A stretch of DNA of 59,924 bases from Minisyncoccota bacterium (GTDB lineage: Bacteria > Patescibacteriota > Minisyncoccia > Phycocordibacterales > UBA9973). A program made the translations under genes and the position numbers. The notes under the pieces are model-generated. The model searched no databases. It saw nothing but the letters and a program-made list of their open reading frames with translations, and was not told where the DNA came from. Below, one piece after another: positions 41,892 to 51,995 of the stretch; position 1 is the first letter of the stretch, and each line of letters begins with the position of its first letter. The stretch spans positions 1 through 59,924 of the forward strand of contig JAGOQQ010000002.1 in the NCBI GenBank assembly GCA_017991395.1, read 5' to 3'.

Positions 41892-42476
41892 ATGCACCCC
41901 ATCTACCACACCGAAGCCATAATTTTAGAAAGCAAAAATAGAGGTGAAGCAAATCGCTCATTCACGCTTTTTACGCGTGACCTCGGAGTAATCAACGCTC
42001 AAGCTCAAGGTGTGAGACATTTGAAATCAAAATTGCGCTATGCACTTCAAGATATGAATTTGGTAAAAGTAGATTTGGTTCGCGGAAAAGAAGTGTGGCG
42101 TATCACGAGTGCGACATGGCTTCATTCATATGATGATATCAAAAAAGTAAATCACACATTTGCATGTGTCGTAAAAATATCACAACTACTAAAAAGACTT
42201 TGTGCAGGAGAAGGTGAGAACACGCCGCTGTACGAAAAGTTTAAAGCAGGACTTTCATTTTTTGAAAAAAATAATTTTACCATGGAAGAGATTGCAGATG
42301 CAGAAGTGGCACTCGTACTCTCGCTGTTGTATGAACTTGGGTATGTTGAGAAAACACACATCACAAATCCGTTCATCGGAACACTCTTTGATCATGAGAT
42401 CATATCGAAGGTGAGGCCAATAAAGAAAGCGCTGGTCGCAGAGGTCAATCGGGGAATCCACGAATCACATATGTAG
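41892..42476 (+). CDS. recO: DNA repair protein RecO
   Basis: The N-terminal OB fold TEAIILESKNRGEANRSFTLFTRDLGVINAQAQGVR is typical of RecO. ORF of 194 aa. Confidence 0.85.
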   Translation: MHPIYHTEAIILESKNRGEANRSFTLFTRDLGVINAQAQGVRHLKSKLRYALQDMNLVKVDLVRGKEVWRITSATWLHSYDDIKKVNHTFACVVKISQLLKRLCAGEGENTPLYEKFKAGLSFFEKNNFTMEEIADAEVALVLSLLYELGYVEKTHITNPFIGTLFDHEIISKVRPIKKALVAEVNRGIHESHM

Positions 42477-42497
42477 CTCGTGGTATACTGACTCTAT

Positions 42498-44408
42498 ATG
42501 TTGGAAGAAGAAAAAAAGCCCGTCGATAGAATCGAGGCACTCAAACACAAAATATACACTACTAGCAATGACGTCGTCAGGAAGACAAAAGAAGGAGTAC
42601 TTCATGTCAAAAACAATGTCAAAATACCTGACACGTGGGCACCTCGTGTACAAGAGCATGTAGCCACCACCACACGCGTTATGTCAAAACCATCTTTATT
42701 CAAAAAGTTTTTTCTTTTCTCACTTATCTTTTTTGCGGGTGCAGTAGGTTTTGCGGTATACAAATTTTACGGTGGAGGCAATGCGGTTTCAAGTGAAAAA
42801 ATTGAAATAGAAATTCTTGGAAATTCATTTACGGGTGGAGGAGAAGCACTGCCGCTTCAGATTGCAGTAACCAACAAAAATTCTGTACCACTTGAACTTG
42901 CTGATATGATTGTCGAATATCCAAAAGGTTCAGACGACACTGTGCTTGAACGTCGTCGAATTGAGTTTGGCGAAATATCTTCTGGAAAAACTATTGCCGA
43001 AAATGTTGAGGTTACGTTGTTTGGGGAGCAAGGAAGTGAAAAAACAATCAAGGCAATACTCGAATACCGCGTCCGTGGATCAAATGCGATTTTTACAAAA
43101 GAATATTCTCACATAGTAAGTATCAATGCAGCACCACTTGTACTTTCAGTTGAAGCACCAACAGATGTCTCATCAAATCAAGAAATGACACTTCGCTTCA
43201 AGGCGGTACTCAATTCGCAAACTCCCGCAGAAAACTTGATGATCAAAGTCAATTATCCTCCTGGATTTGTATTCAAAAGCGCAACTCCATCTCCATCACT
43301 TTCAAATAATATTTGGATTCTTGGTGATATTGCAAAGGGTGGTGAAAAGACAGTTGAAATCAAGGGAGTGGTGGTGGCACAAGACGGCGAAGAGAGAGCA
43401 TTTCAGGCATTTGCCGGAACTCAAGACAGTGCTGACGAAGCCAAGATTGGTGTGACCTACAATTCACTTCTCCATACAGTTTCTGTGAAGCGACCGTTTG
43501 TGGAGACGAGCATTGCGGTAAACGGTCAAAAAGGGGATACCGTCGTGATTGGAAGTCAGGGACGTGTGACCGCAGAAGTGGAATGGTCAAACAATCTTCC
43601 AAGTCGAGTCGACAATCTTGAAATTAAAGCAAAAATTTCTGGTAGCGCATTCAATGAATCAAGTCTCTCGACACTTTCAGGATTTTACGATTCTGTTCAA
43701 AATGAAATAATTTGGGATAGAAATACAAACGATGATTTTGCATCAGTCTCACCAGGAGACAGAGGAAGACTCGCGTTTAATTTCACTCCACAAGTTCTCT
43801 CGGGTGCAAGCGGTGAACCAGCTATCACTATCGAAGTGTCAGTAAAAGGCACTCAACCATCTGAAGGAAATATTGTAAAAGAAATAAATAATACCGAAAA
43901 AATTGTGGTGAAAATTAGTTCAAGTTTCCAACTTGCAGTAAAGGCAGTACACACCACTGGTCCATTTCAAAACACAGGATCACTTCCGCCTGTTGCAGAA
44001 CAACCAACGTCATATACTGTAGTGTGGACAGCCACAAATTCATCAAACAGAATCAACAATGGTGAAGTCAGAGCAACACTTCCAACGTATGTAAAATGGG
44101 TTGGTTCAGTGTCTCCTACGAGCGAGGATGTATCGTACCTGCCTGCAACCCGTGAAGTGGTATGGAAAGTAGGAACAATTGCGCAGGGTGCAGGATTTAA
44201 TACCGATCCGAAGGAAATTGCATTCCAGATTGAACTCACGCCATCACTGTCTCAAGTTGGATCAGCACCAGTGCTCGTTAATGATGCAAATGCGCAAGGT
44301 GTGGATCAGTTTACAGGTCAGACTGTGAAAGTGACGAAGTCAAAAGTCACTACGCGAATCAACCAAGATCCGGGCTTTGTTTCTGGTAATGAAATTGTTA
44401 TAAGATAA
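42498..44408 (+). CDS. Hypothetical large membrane-anchored protein built of repeated beta-sandwich-like modules
   Basis: 636 aa. TM segment FFLFSLIFFAGAVGFAVY. Recurring V.V.N.....L....V.Y-type segments. Confidence 0.65.
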   Translation: MLEEEKKPVDRIEALKHKIYTTSNDVVRKTKEGVLHVKNNVKIPDTWAPRVQEHVATTTRVMSKPSLFKKFFLFSLIFFAGAVGFAVYKFYGGGNAVSSEKIEIEILGNSFTGGGEALPLQIAVTNKNSVPLELADMIVEYPKGSDDTVLERRRIEFGEISSGKTIAENVEVTLFGEQGSEKTIKAILEYRVRGSNAIFTKEYSHIVSINAAPLVLSVEAPTDVSSNQEMTLRFKAVLNSQTPAENLMIKVNYPPGFVFKSATPSPSLSNNIWILGDIAKGGEKTVEIKGVVVAQDGEERAFQAFAGTQDSADEAKIGVTYNSLLHTVSVKRPFVETSIAVNGQKGDTVVIGSQGRVTAEVEWSNNLPSRVDNLEIKAKISGSAFNESSLSTLSGFYDSVQNEIIWDRNTNDDFASVSPGDRGRLAFNFTPQVLSGASGEPAITIEVSVKGTQPSEGNIVKEINNTEKIVVKISSSFQLAVKAVHTTGPFQNTGSLPPVAEQPTSYTVVWTATNSSNRINNGEVRATLPTYVKWVGSVSPTSEDVSYLPATREVVWKVGTIAQGAGFNTDPKEIAFQIELTPSLSQVGSAPVLVNDANAQGVDQFTGQTVKVTKSKVTTRINQDPGFVSGNEIVIR

Positions 44409-44462
44409 GGGTACACTTTTGCTTTGCTCAGGGTACACTTATGCAATACTAGATAAATCACT

Positions 44463-45842
44463 ATGGAAAAAATGAACAACAATGTAGATATGGAAACTTT
44501 GGTATCTCTGGCAAAGAGACGCGGCTTTGTGTTTCAAGGTTCAGAGATATACGGAGGACTTGGTGGAACATGGGACTTTGGTCCATATGGTGTGGCACTG
44601 AAAAATAATATCAAAGAATCTTGGCGAAAAAAGTTTGTACACAATCGAGAAGATATGTACGAAGTGGATGCCGCGATATTGATGAATCCAAAGGTGTGGG
44701 AATCGAGTGGGCACGTCGGGGGATTTTCTGATCCACTCGTCGAAGACTTGAAAACTCAAAAGCGTTTTCGTGCGGACACTCTTCTTGAAGACAATGGAGT
44801 CAATCCAACAGGAATGTCGCTTTCTGATATGACACAAGCAATTAAAGAAAAAAATCTTCTAAGTCCTGAGGGAAATCCTCTCGGTGAAGTTCGACAATTT
44901 AATATGATGTTTAGTACTTCAATTGGTGCGATGGAAGATTCTGCATCGACCATATATCTTCGCCCTGAAACTGCGCAGGGAATGTTTGTAAATTATAAAA
45001 ATATCATTGATTCGATTCACCCAAAAATTCCATTCGGAATGGCACAAATAGGTAAAGCATTTCGAAATGAAATAACTCCACGAGATTATCTTTTTCGTGT
45101 AAGAGAATTTGAGCAAATGGAAATTGAATATTTTGTCAAAGAGGGAGATTGGCAAAAGTACTTTGAATTTTTTAAAGATGAAATGCGTGAATGGTTTGAA
45201 GAAGTGGGAATAGATGGCACAAAGCTTGTAGAAATTGAAAAAGCACCAGAAGATCTCGCCCATTACTCAAAGCGAACTGTAGACTACGAATTTCATTTTC
45301 CGTTTGGACAAAAAGAACTTTCTGGTCTTGCGTATCGAACAAATTTTGATTTGAGTGTTCATCAAAAAGGAAGTACTCAAAATCTTGAATATTTCGATGA
45401 AGAAACAAAAGAAAAATATCTACCACACGTTATTGAGCCATCATTTGGACTCGATCGTGCACTACTCGCACTTCTCGTGTCTGCATATACCGAAGTTCCT
45501 GACAAGGAGGGTACTCGTGTCTATTTGAAATTCAAACCAAGTATCGCACCTGTGATTGCATGTGTCTCACCGCTACTTAAAAACAAACCAGAACTCGTGA
45601 CAAAAGCCCGCGAGGTGTTTGGTGCACTCAAATCTCAATTTGGACGAATCGCATGGGATGACAATGGAAATATCGGAAAGCGTTATCGTCGACAAGACGA
45701 AATCGGAACACCGTGGTGTATCGTGATTGACTTCGACTCACTCACTGATGAGAGTGTGACTGTGCGTGATCGAGATACAGGCGAACAAGAGCGAATCAAA
45801 ATTTCAGAACTTTCAACATATATTTCATCTCGAATTTCATAA
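44463..45842 (+). CDS. glyQS: Glycine--tRNA ligase (dimeric class II GlyQS type)
   Basis: LAKRRGFVFQGSEIYGGLGGTWDFGPYG, LRPETAQG, FRNEITPR, and EPSFGLDRALLA motifs. Confidence 0.95.
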   Translation: MEKMNNNVDMETLVSLAKRRGFVFQGSEIYGGLGGTWDFGPYGVALKNNIKESWRKKFVHNREDMYEVDAAILMNPKVWESSGHVGGFSDPLVEDLKTQKRFRADTLLEDNGVNPTGMSLSDMTQAIKEKNLLSPEGNPLGEVRQFNMMFSTSIGAMEDSASTIYLRPETAQGMFVNYKNIIDSIHPKIPFGMAQIGKAFRNEITPRDYLFRVREFEQMEIEYFVKEGDWQKYFEFFKDEMREWFEEVGIDGTKLVEIEKAPEDLAHYSKRTVDYEFHFPFGQKELSGLAYRTNFDLSVHQKGSTQNLEYFDEETKEKYLPHVIEPSFGLDRALLALLVSAYTEVPDKEGTRVYLKFKPSIAPVIACVSPLLKNKPELVTKAREVFGALKSQFGRIAWDDNGNIGKRYRRQDEIGTPWCIVIDFDSLTDESVTVRDRDTGEQERIKISELSTYISSRIS

Positions 45843-45844
45843 TT

Positions 45845-47017
45845 ATGGAATCACCAAAAAATCCAGTAAAACTTCTCTACATCACAAAAGACACATCTGT
45901 GTTGAAAGAGTCTTCGGCGTTTCGAAGGACGATCATGGAGTATGCACAGGGACTTGAAGAAATTCATGTGATTGTACTTGGGAATGCACTTCATGGCGAA
46001 AAGGTGATACATCCTCACGAAAGAGTGTGGATATATCCGACATCGGTATTCGGCGGATTGTTCCATATAGTGAAAGCATTTCATATTGCATATTCACAGT
46101 TGACGTGGAAATTTCACTTAAGACCAAATGTTATTTTTGGTGATACGCCATTTCTCTCAGGGCTTGTTGCAGTGCTTCTCGGAAAAAGATTTAAAAAGCG
46201 AGTGTATATACACACAGAAAATTATACAAAGTCACATCCGTCACTATTTGCACTTAGTGAGTATGTTCGAGAATTTTGTGTGCAGTATGTATTTCGACAT
46301 GCAGCAAAAATTCGAGTAACAAACGACGCATCACGCGATATGCTCGAGCAACAATGTTTTGTGAAGCCCGAAAAAATTTCTATTGTACCGCTGTATGTGG
46401 ACGTAAATGATTTTATAAACAATCGAGAAATCGTCAATTTTCAAAAAGAATTTCCTCACTTGGGATTTATTATACTAATTCATCCAACTTCATTTACAAA
46501 TGAGTTGTCTGAACTTATTTCAATTACCAAGCGTCTCATTATGTCGTATCCTAAAACTGGAATTGCAGTTATGGGAGCCAAGGGTGCACTTCGAAGAAAA
46601 ATTTCATTTCGCGCACGGATGTCAGGTATTTCAAAAAATGTTATCTTTATACAACCCGAGAAAAATATGGCCTCATATTATCGTGGCGCACACCTCTACT
46701 TTGATGTACATACACACTCTTCAGGCGATAGATATTTGATCGAAGCACTTGCTTCAAGTTCTGCAGTCATCACCAACCCGTCCGGCATAGGTGGAACACT
46801 GTTTGAAGGTACGCCATACACTACATATGTATGCGCGTTGGGAGATAAAGAATGTATAGAAAGTCGAATACGACATTTGATGGAAAAACCAGGAGCACGC
46901 GATGATATGCGAGTAAATGCGAAGTTTATTGTTGAAAAACATATTGCACTCGATAGAGCAGGGTATATTTCAAAAATGCTCAAAGAATGGAGAGATGTGC
47001 TGACAGTAGATAAATAA
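45845..47017 (+). CDS. GT-B fold (GT4-like) glycosyltransferase, divergent
   Basis: C-terminal SSGDRYLIEALASSSAVITNPSGIGGTLFEG resembles the GT4 E-x7-E region. ORF of 390 aa. Confidence 0.5.
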   Translation: MESPKNPVKLLYITKDTSVLKESSAFRRTIMEYAQGLEEIHVIVLGNALHGEKVIHPHERVWIYPTSVFGGLFHIVKAFHIAYSQLTWKFHLRPNVIFGDTPFLSGLVAVLLGKRFKKRVYIHTENYTKSHPSLFALSEYVREFCVQYVFRHAAKIRVTNDASRDMLEQQCFVKPEKISIVPLYVDVNDFINNREIVNFQKEFPHLGFIILIHPTSFTNELSELISITKRLIMSYPKTGIAVMGAKGALRRKISFRARMSGISKNVIFIQPEKNMASYYRGAHLYFDVHTHSSGDRYLIEALASSSAVITNPSGIGGTLFEGTPYTTYVCALGDKECIESRIRHLMEKPGARDDMRVNAKFIVEKHIALDRAGYISKMLKEWRDVLTVDK

Positions 47018-47019
47018 CC

Positions 47020-48270
47020 ATGAAGATTCAAAAGAAAACATTACCAAATGGATTGCGTGTACTTTTTGTGTCACTTCCTGAGAGTCCAACTGTGACTGTG
47101 CAGATTCTTGTGCGTACTGGTTCACGAGATGAAAAAGAACGCGAACATGGTATTTCGCATTTCCTTGAACACATGTGTTTCAAGGGTACAAAAGTGCGAC
47201 CAAGTGCACTTCATATTTCAAAAGAATTGGAAGGACTCGGTGCACAGTCAAATGCATTTACTTCATATGAATACACAGGATACTATGCAAAAAGTCAGGC
47301 ATCACACGCGCTACTACTCGTTGATATTATTTCAGATATATATTTGAACTCAACATTTCCAGAGAGTGAAATACAAAAAGAAAAAGGAGTGGTGATTGAA
47401 GAAATAAATATGTACAAGGATCGTCCTGATCATGAAGTGCATGAAGACTGGCGAAGAATATTTTTTGAACAAGGTCCACTTTCTCGTCCGATTATTGGTA
47501 CAAAAGAGTCAGTCACTTCATTTTCTCGCAAAGACCTACTTCTCTATCAAAAAAAGCATTATATCCCCAAAAATACCGTCGTTGTGGTATCAGGTACGTT
47601 TGATGAAAATAAGATTTACAAAGAAATAAAAAGCCGGTTTGAAAATATAGATTCGAAAACTCCCGCAAAAAGAGTTCGTCCAAAAATTTCTTCTTCAACA
47701 ATTCGCAATTTTGTAAAAGAGAAAAAGACCGATCAGGCGCATCTTGTGATTGGTGTTCCTGCATACGATTCATTCAAACCTGAAAAATATGCACTCGCTG
47801 TACTCTCAACAATTTTGGGTGGGGGAATGAGTTCAAGGCTTTTTCAACTTTTGCGTGAAGAAATGGGGGTCGCGTATTATGTGTACGCTCATTCGTCATA
47901 TTTGACTGATCATGGATACTTTGAGATTGGTGCCGGAGTAGACAAAAACAGGGTACAGGAAGTGCTCGAGGTCATAAAGAAGGAAATAGCGTCGGTGGTT
48001 GAAAATGGCGTTACAGACGAGGAATTGCATCGCGCAAAGGAATATATGATTGGCTCAATGTATCTTGATCTTGAATCGTCTGATGCGTTTGGGGCGTATT
48101 ATGGCATGCAGGAAGTACTCGGAAGACCGATAGAGTCTCCAAAAGAGAAGGAAAAACTACTTCGAAAAGTGTCTCTTTCTGACGTCTCGCGAGTTGCAAA
48201 GAAAATACTTTCTCAGCCACTGACTACTGCCCTCATTGGTGATTTTCCAAAAGATTTTCTCAAAAAATAG
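47020..48270 (+). CDS. M16-family (pitrilysin-like) zinc peptidase
   Basis: Inverted zinc motif HFLEHMCFKGT (HxxEH) plus a downstream E. ORF of 416 aa. Confidence 0.9.
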   Translation: MKIQKKTLPNGLRVLFVSLPESPTVTVQILVRTGSRDEKEREHGISHFLEHMCFKGTKVRPSALHISKELEGLGAQSNAFTSYEYTGYYAKSQASHALLLVDIISDIYLNSTFPESEIQKEKGVVIEEINMYKDRPDHEVHEDWRRIFFEQGPLSRPIIGTKESVTSFSRKDLLLYQKKHYIPKNTVVVVSGTFDENKIYKEIKSRFENIDSKTPAKRVRPKISSSTIRNFVKEKKTDQAHLVIGVPAYDSFKPEKYALAVLSTILGGGMSSRLFQLLREEMGVAYYVYAHSSYLTDHGYFEIGAGVDKNRVQEVLEVIKKEIASVVENGVTDEELHRAKEYMIGSMYLDLESSDAFGAYYGMQEVLGRPIESPKEKEKLLRKVSLSDVSRVAKKILSQPLTTALIGDFPKDFLKK

Positions 48271-48307
48271 TATTGAAAGATATACTCTCATGGTACTATG
48301 AGAGTAT

Positions 48308-49378
48308 ATGAAGAAAGACTCCTCAAAAGAAAAGACAGTCATTTCGATTAGTACCGGGTCACTACTTAAAATCGTACTGTTTGGTTTTTTGGTGCTCGCA
48401 CTGATAAAGCTCTACGAGTTGCTCCTCGTACTTTTGACTGCAATTGTACTCGCGACATTTGTCGAAGGTGGTGTTCAGCGTTTTAGAAAGTATAGAATGG
48501 GCCGGACATTTTCAGTAGTAGTGATTTTTGGATTACTCGCAGTGTTTGTTGCTGGAATGTTTTATCTGTTTGTACCGCTGTTGGTCAATGAACTTTCGAG
48601 CGTGGTTACCATTGTGTCAAAATATATTCCACAAGGTACAGAAATAATTAGTCAAAACAATCTCAGTGATGCAAATGCTGTCATCTCATCTTTCTCAGAC
48701 AAAGGTTCGCTCGCAGATATCGCAAAATCTCTCCAAGTCGTATCAACAAAGATTTCAGGAGGATTTCTCAATGTACTTTCAAGTGCCTTTGGTGGTTTGG
48801 TAAACTTTGCGTTGATTTTCATAATTTCGTTTTATCTTTCAATCCAAGAAAAGGGAATCGAAAAATTTTTGCGTATCGTGACACCACTTAAAAACGAAGC
48901 CTACATTATTGATTTGTGGGGACGTTCGCAAAGAAAAATTGGACTATGGATTCGAGGGCAACTCGTACTTGGATTGATTATTGCAGTACTGACATATCTT
49001 GGACTTGCGATATTTGGTGTTCCAAATGCACTCCTCCTCGCACTTTTGACAGGAGTATTTGAACTCATTCCGTTTGGAATTTTCCTTGCAGTTATTCCCG
49101 CGCTCTCTTTTGCATTTATCGAGGGAGGAATTTCTCTTGCACTTATGGTCGCGGGATTTTATCTCATTGTGCAACAGTTTGAAAGCTACCTTATCCAACC
49201 TCTTGTGGTAAAAAAGGTAATTGGAATTTCTCCTTTAGTTGTGATACTCTCAGTACTTATAGGGGCAATATTGGCAGGATTTTGGGGTCTAATACTTGCA
49301 GTACCTGTCGCAGTGTCATTGATTGAGTATATGAATGATGTTGAGAAAGAGAAGATAGGGGAACTAGAAAGTAGGTAG
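48308..49378 (+). CDS. AI-2E family transporter (PerM/UPF0118)
   Basis: 356 aa with ~8 TM helices. ELIPFGIFLAVIP and QQFESYLIQPLVV are typical of the family. Confidence 0.8.
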   Translation: MKKDSSKEKTVISISTGSLLKIVLFGFLVLALIKLYELLLVLLTAIVLATFVEGGVQRFRKYRMGRTFSVVVIFGLLAVFVAGMFYLFVPLLVNELSSVVTIVSKYIPQGTEIISQNNLSDANAVISSFSDKGSLADIAKSLQVVSTKISGGFLNVLSSAFGGLVNFALIFIISFYLSIQEKGIEKFLRIVTPLKNEAYIIDLWGRSQRKIGLWIRGQLVLGLIIAVLTYLGLAIFGVPNALLLALLTGVFELIPFGIFLAVIPALSFAFIEGGISLALMVAGFYLIVQQFESYLIQPLVVKKVIGISPLVVILSVLIGAILAGFWGLILAVPVAVSLIEYMNDVEKEKIGELESR

Positions 49379-49460
49379 TAGTAAGTAGATAGTAGGGGAA
49401 TCATTTAATACTTTTAATTTTGTGTCTTTCCTACTTTCTACTACCTACTTATTACTTACT
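49366..49460. repeat. Imperfect inverted pair of TAG/CTA-word repeats between the transporter stop and the metG start
   Basis: Left arm gaaagtaggtagtagtaagtagatagtagggg. Right arm ttcctactttctactacctacttattacttactg. The reverse complement of the left arm matches 57992-58019 at about 27 of 28 positions. Confidence 0.8.
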
Positions 49461-49469
49461 GTTTACAAT

Positions 49470-51026
49470 ATGGATAAAAAAACATTTTATATTACAACCA
49501 CATTACCGTATGTGAATGCAGATCCGCATGTGGGTTTTGCGATGGAAATTATTCGCGCTGATGCGATTGCACGCATCAAAAAGAAAGCAGGGTACGAAGT
49601 CTTTTTCAACACGGGTACCGATGAACACGGAGTAAAGATTTTGGAGAAAGCTCAATCAGAAGGCAAAGACGTAAAAGTGTATGTCGATGAATACGCCGAA
49701 AAGTTTAAGGGACTCAAAGAGTCTTTAGGGCTTTCTTCAGATATACATTTTATTCGCACTACAGATGAACACCACGAAAAGGCAGCACAGGAATTTTGGA
49801 AACGATGCAATGACAATGGATATATTTACAAAAAGAATTATCAGGTGAAATATTGTGTCGGATGCGAACTTGAAAAAACTGATAGTGAATTAAATGACAA
49901 AGGAGAATGTGAATTTCATCCAGGGAAACCACTTGAGCTAATCGATGAAGAAAATTATTTTTTCAAGTTTTCAGCATTTCAGCAAGAACTTCTCGCACTT
50001 TATAATGGACGTCCAGATTTCGTACTTCCAGAAAGTAGGTTTAATGAGATTCGAGCATTTGTGGAGCGTGGACTTCAGGATTTTTCTATTTCACGTCTGA
50101 AGTCAAAAATGCCATGGGGTGTTTCTGTTCCAGGGGATGATACACAGGTGATGTATGTATGGTTTGATGCGTTGGTGAATTATATTTCTACACTGGGATG
50201 GCCGGGAAATAATGAGCAGTTTGAAAAGTTTTGGCCGGGAGTACAAATTTGTGGAAAGGATAATTTGCGTCAACAAAGTGCAATGTGGCAGGCAATGCTT
50301 TTGTCTGTAAATGTTGCGCCGTCTGAAAAAATTCTTGTAAATGGATTTATAAATGTTGATGGACAAAAAATGTCCAAGTCTTTGGGCAATGTCATCAATC
50401 CATCTGATTTGGTAAAAGAATACGGAGTAGATGCAACCCGACTATTTTTCTTGAAAGAGCTTTCTCAATGGGAAGATTCTGATATGACACTTGCTCGTTT
50501 CAAATCAGCGTACAATTCAAATCTCGCAAATGGACTTGGAAATCTAGTCTCACGACTTAGCAAGATGTCGCTGTCATATTTTAATGGAGAGCTCACAGAG
50601 GGCGATTTTGTGGCGTTTCCTATTAAGATGTCAGTTGATTTTGGTGTTCACACAACAAAGAGTGACGGAGAGAATTTGCACGAATATATCAAAGAGATAA
50701 GAAAGAAATACGAACTCGCAATTTCTACATATGACATTACTTTGGCAACAGGATACATTTGGGAACTTATCGGAACTATTGATAAGTACATTCAAGATTA
50801 TGAACCCTTTAAAATGGTCAAGACAGACGAGGGCGCAACTCGAAAATTTCTCTGGAATGCGACATATGGTTTGATGCATGTTGCTGATTTGCTGGAACCA
50901 TTTATGCCAGATACTGCTCAAAAAATTCAACACACACTCGGACTCAATACTAGTGAAAGTATCAAAGAAAACCCGGTATTCGCCATCAAGGAGCTTGAAG
51001 TGGGCTTGTTTATGAGAAAGGAATAA
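49470..51026 (+). CDS. metG: Methionine--tRNA ligase
   Basis: ITTTLPYVNADPHVGF (HIGH region), the CVGCE...CEFH zinc knuckle, and KMSKSLGN. ATG at 49470 preferred over the track start. Confidence 0.95.
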   Translation: MDKKTFYITTTLPYVNADPHVGFAMEIIRADAIARIKKKAGYEVFFNTGTDEHGVKILEKAQSEGKDVKVYVDEYAEKFKGLKESLGLSSDIHFIRTTDEHHEKAAQEFWKRCNDNGYIYKKNYQVKYCVGCELEKTDSELNDKGECEFHPGKPLELIDEENYFFKFSAFQQELLALYNGRPDFVLPESRFNEIRAFVERGLQDFSISRLKSKMPWGVSVPGDDTQVMYVWFDALVNYISTLGWPGNNEQFEKFWPGVQICGKDNLRQQSAMWQAMLLSVNVAPSEKILVNGFINVDGQKMSKSLGNVINPSDLVKEYGVDATRLFFLKELSQWEDSDMTLARFKSAYNSNLANGLGNLVSRLSKMSLSYFNGELTEGDFVAFPIKMSVDFGVHTTKSDGENLHEYIKEIRKKYELAISTYDITLATGYIWELIGTIDKYIQDYEPFKMVKTDEGATRKFLWNATYGLMHVADLLEPFMPDTAQKIQHTLGLNTSESIKENPVFAIKELEVGLFMRKE

Positions 51027-51038
51027 CTTTCACAAAGT

Positions 51039-51863
51039 ATGGAAATTCGATATTTTGATATACATTCTCACTTAAATCTCAAACCTCTTTTTAGCACAAA
51101 AGAAGAGGTGATTTCTCGAATGAAAGAAAAGGGAGTTGGTACGATCACTGTGGGGACTGATCTTGAGACTTCAAAAGAGGCAGTCAAAATTTCGCACACA
51201 AATGAATACTTTTTTGCGACTGTTGGACTTCATCCATCAGAACACAGAGAAGATTTTGACTACGATATGTTTTTGGAGTTGGCAAAAGATGAAAACGTGG
51301 TGGCACTTGGAGAGACTGGACTGGATTATTATAGATTAGGGGATAGTGATAAGGGACTAGGGAATAGGGAGGATGCGATTGAAAGGCAAAAAGAAATTAA
51401 GAATAATCAGAAAGATATTTTTTTGAAACATATTGAAATCGCAAAAAAAGTAGGTAAGCCACTTATGATTCACGCCCGTCCGTCAAAGGGAAGTATGGAT
51501 GCGTACCACGACGTACTTGATATTCTTGAGGATGAAAATGTGCGAGCAAACTTTCATTTTTTTGTTGGTGATATGGATGTTCTTGGACGGATTTTGAAAG
51601 GCGGACATACTGTGTCGTTTGACGGTCCAATTACATTTACGGAAGAATATAATGAGGTTATACAAAATGCTCCGATTGGTTCAGTGATGGTAGAGACTGA
51701 CGCCCCGTTTGCAGCACCTGTGCCGTATCGAGGCAAAACATGTGAGCCGTGGATGGTGGTGCATGTTGTCGAAGCGATAGCTCGCATTAAAAATATGAAT
51801 GAAGAGATTGTAAGAAAGCAACTTTTGGAGAATGTACGGGCTTTTTTCAAGATTTCATTTTAA
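51039..51863 (+). CDS. tatD: TatD-family metal-dependent hydrolase
   Basis: FDIHSHLN, GETGLDYY, MIHAR, and ETDAPF motifs. ORF of 274 aa. Confidence 0.9.
   Translation: MEIRYFDIHSHLNLKPLFSTKEEVISRMKEKGVGTITVGTDLETSKEAVKISHTNEYFFATVGLHPSEHREDFDYDMFLELAKDENVVALGETGLDYYRLGDSDKGLGNREDAIERQKEIKNNQKDIFLKHIEIAKKVGKPLMIHARPSKGSMDAYHDVLDILEDENVRANFHFFVGDMDVLGRILKGGHTVSFDGPITFTEEYNEVIQNAPIGSVMVETDAPFAAPVPYRGKTCEPWMVVHVVEAIARIKNMNEEIVRKQLLENVRAFFKISF
51335..51376 (+). repeat. TAG-word repeat in purine-rich orientation, lying in frame inside tatD
   Basis: ttaggggatagtgataagggactagggaatagggaggatgcg encodes LGDSDKGLGNREDA between GETGLDYYR and the Q..F..H helix. Its reverse complement shares (C)CTATTCCCTA with 23891-23901, extended to CTATTCCCTAATC in 23892-23904 and the reverse complement of 53224-53236. 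Confidence 0.75.
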
Positions 51864-51905
51864 CGCGAACGAAATGCGAACTTAACGCTGACTAAGCGCA
51901 GACAC
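51864..51905 (+). repeat. CGCGAA/GCGAAC word array starting at the tatD stop codon
   Basis: cgcgaacgaaatgcgaacttaacgctgactaagcgcag. Confidence 0.65.
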
Positions 51906-51995
51906 ACAATAAATGATTTTTGAAACTGAATTGTTGCCTCCCCTGGAGGGGAGGTGCCCGAAGGGCGGAGGGGTAAGAATCAACTGTAGGAAATT

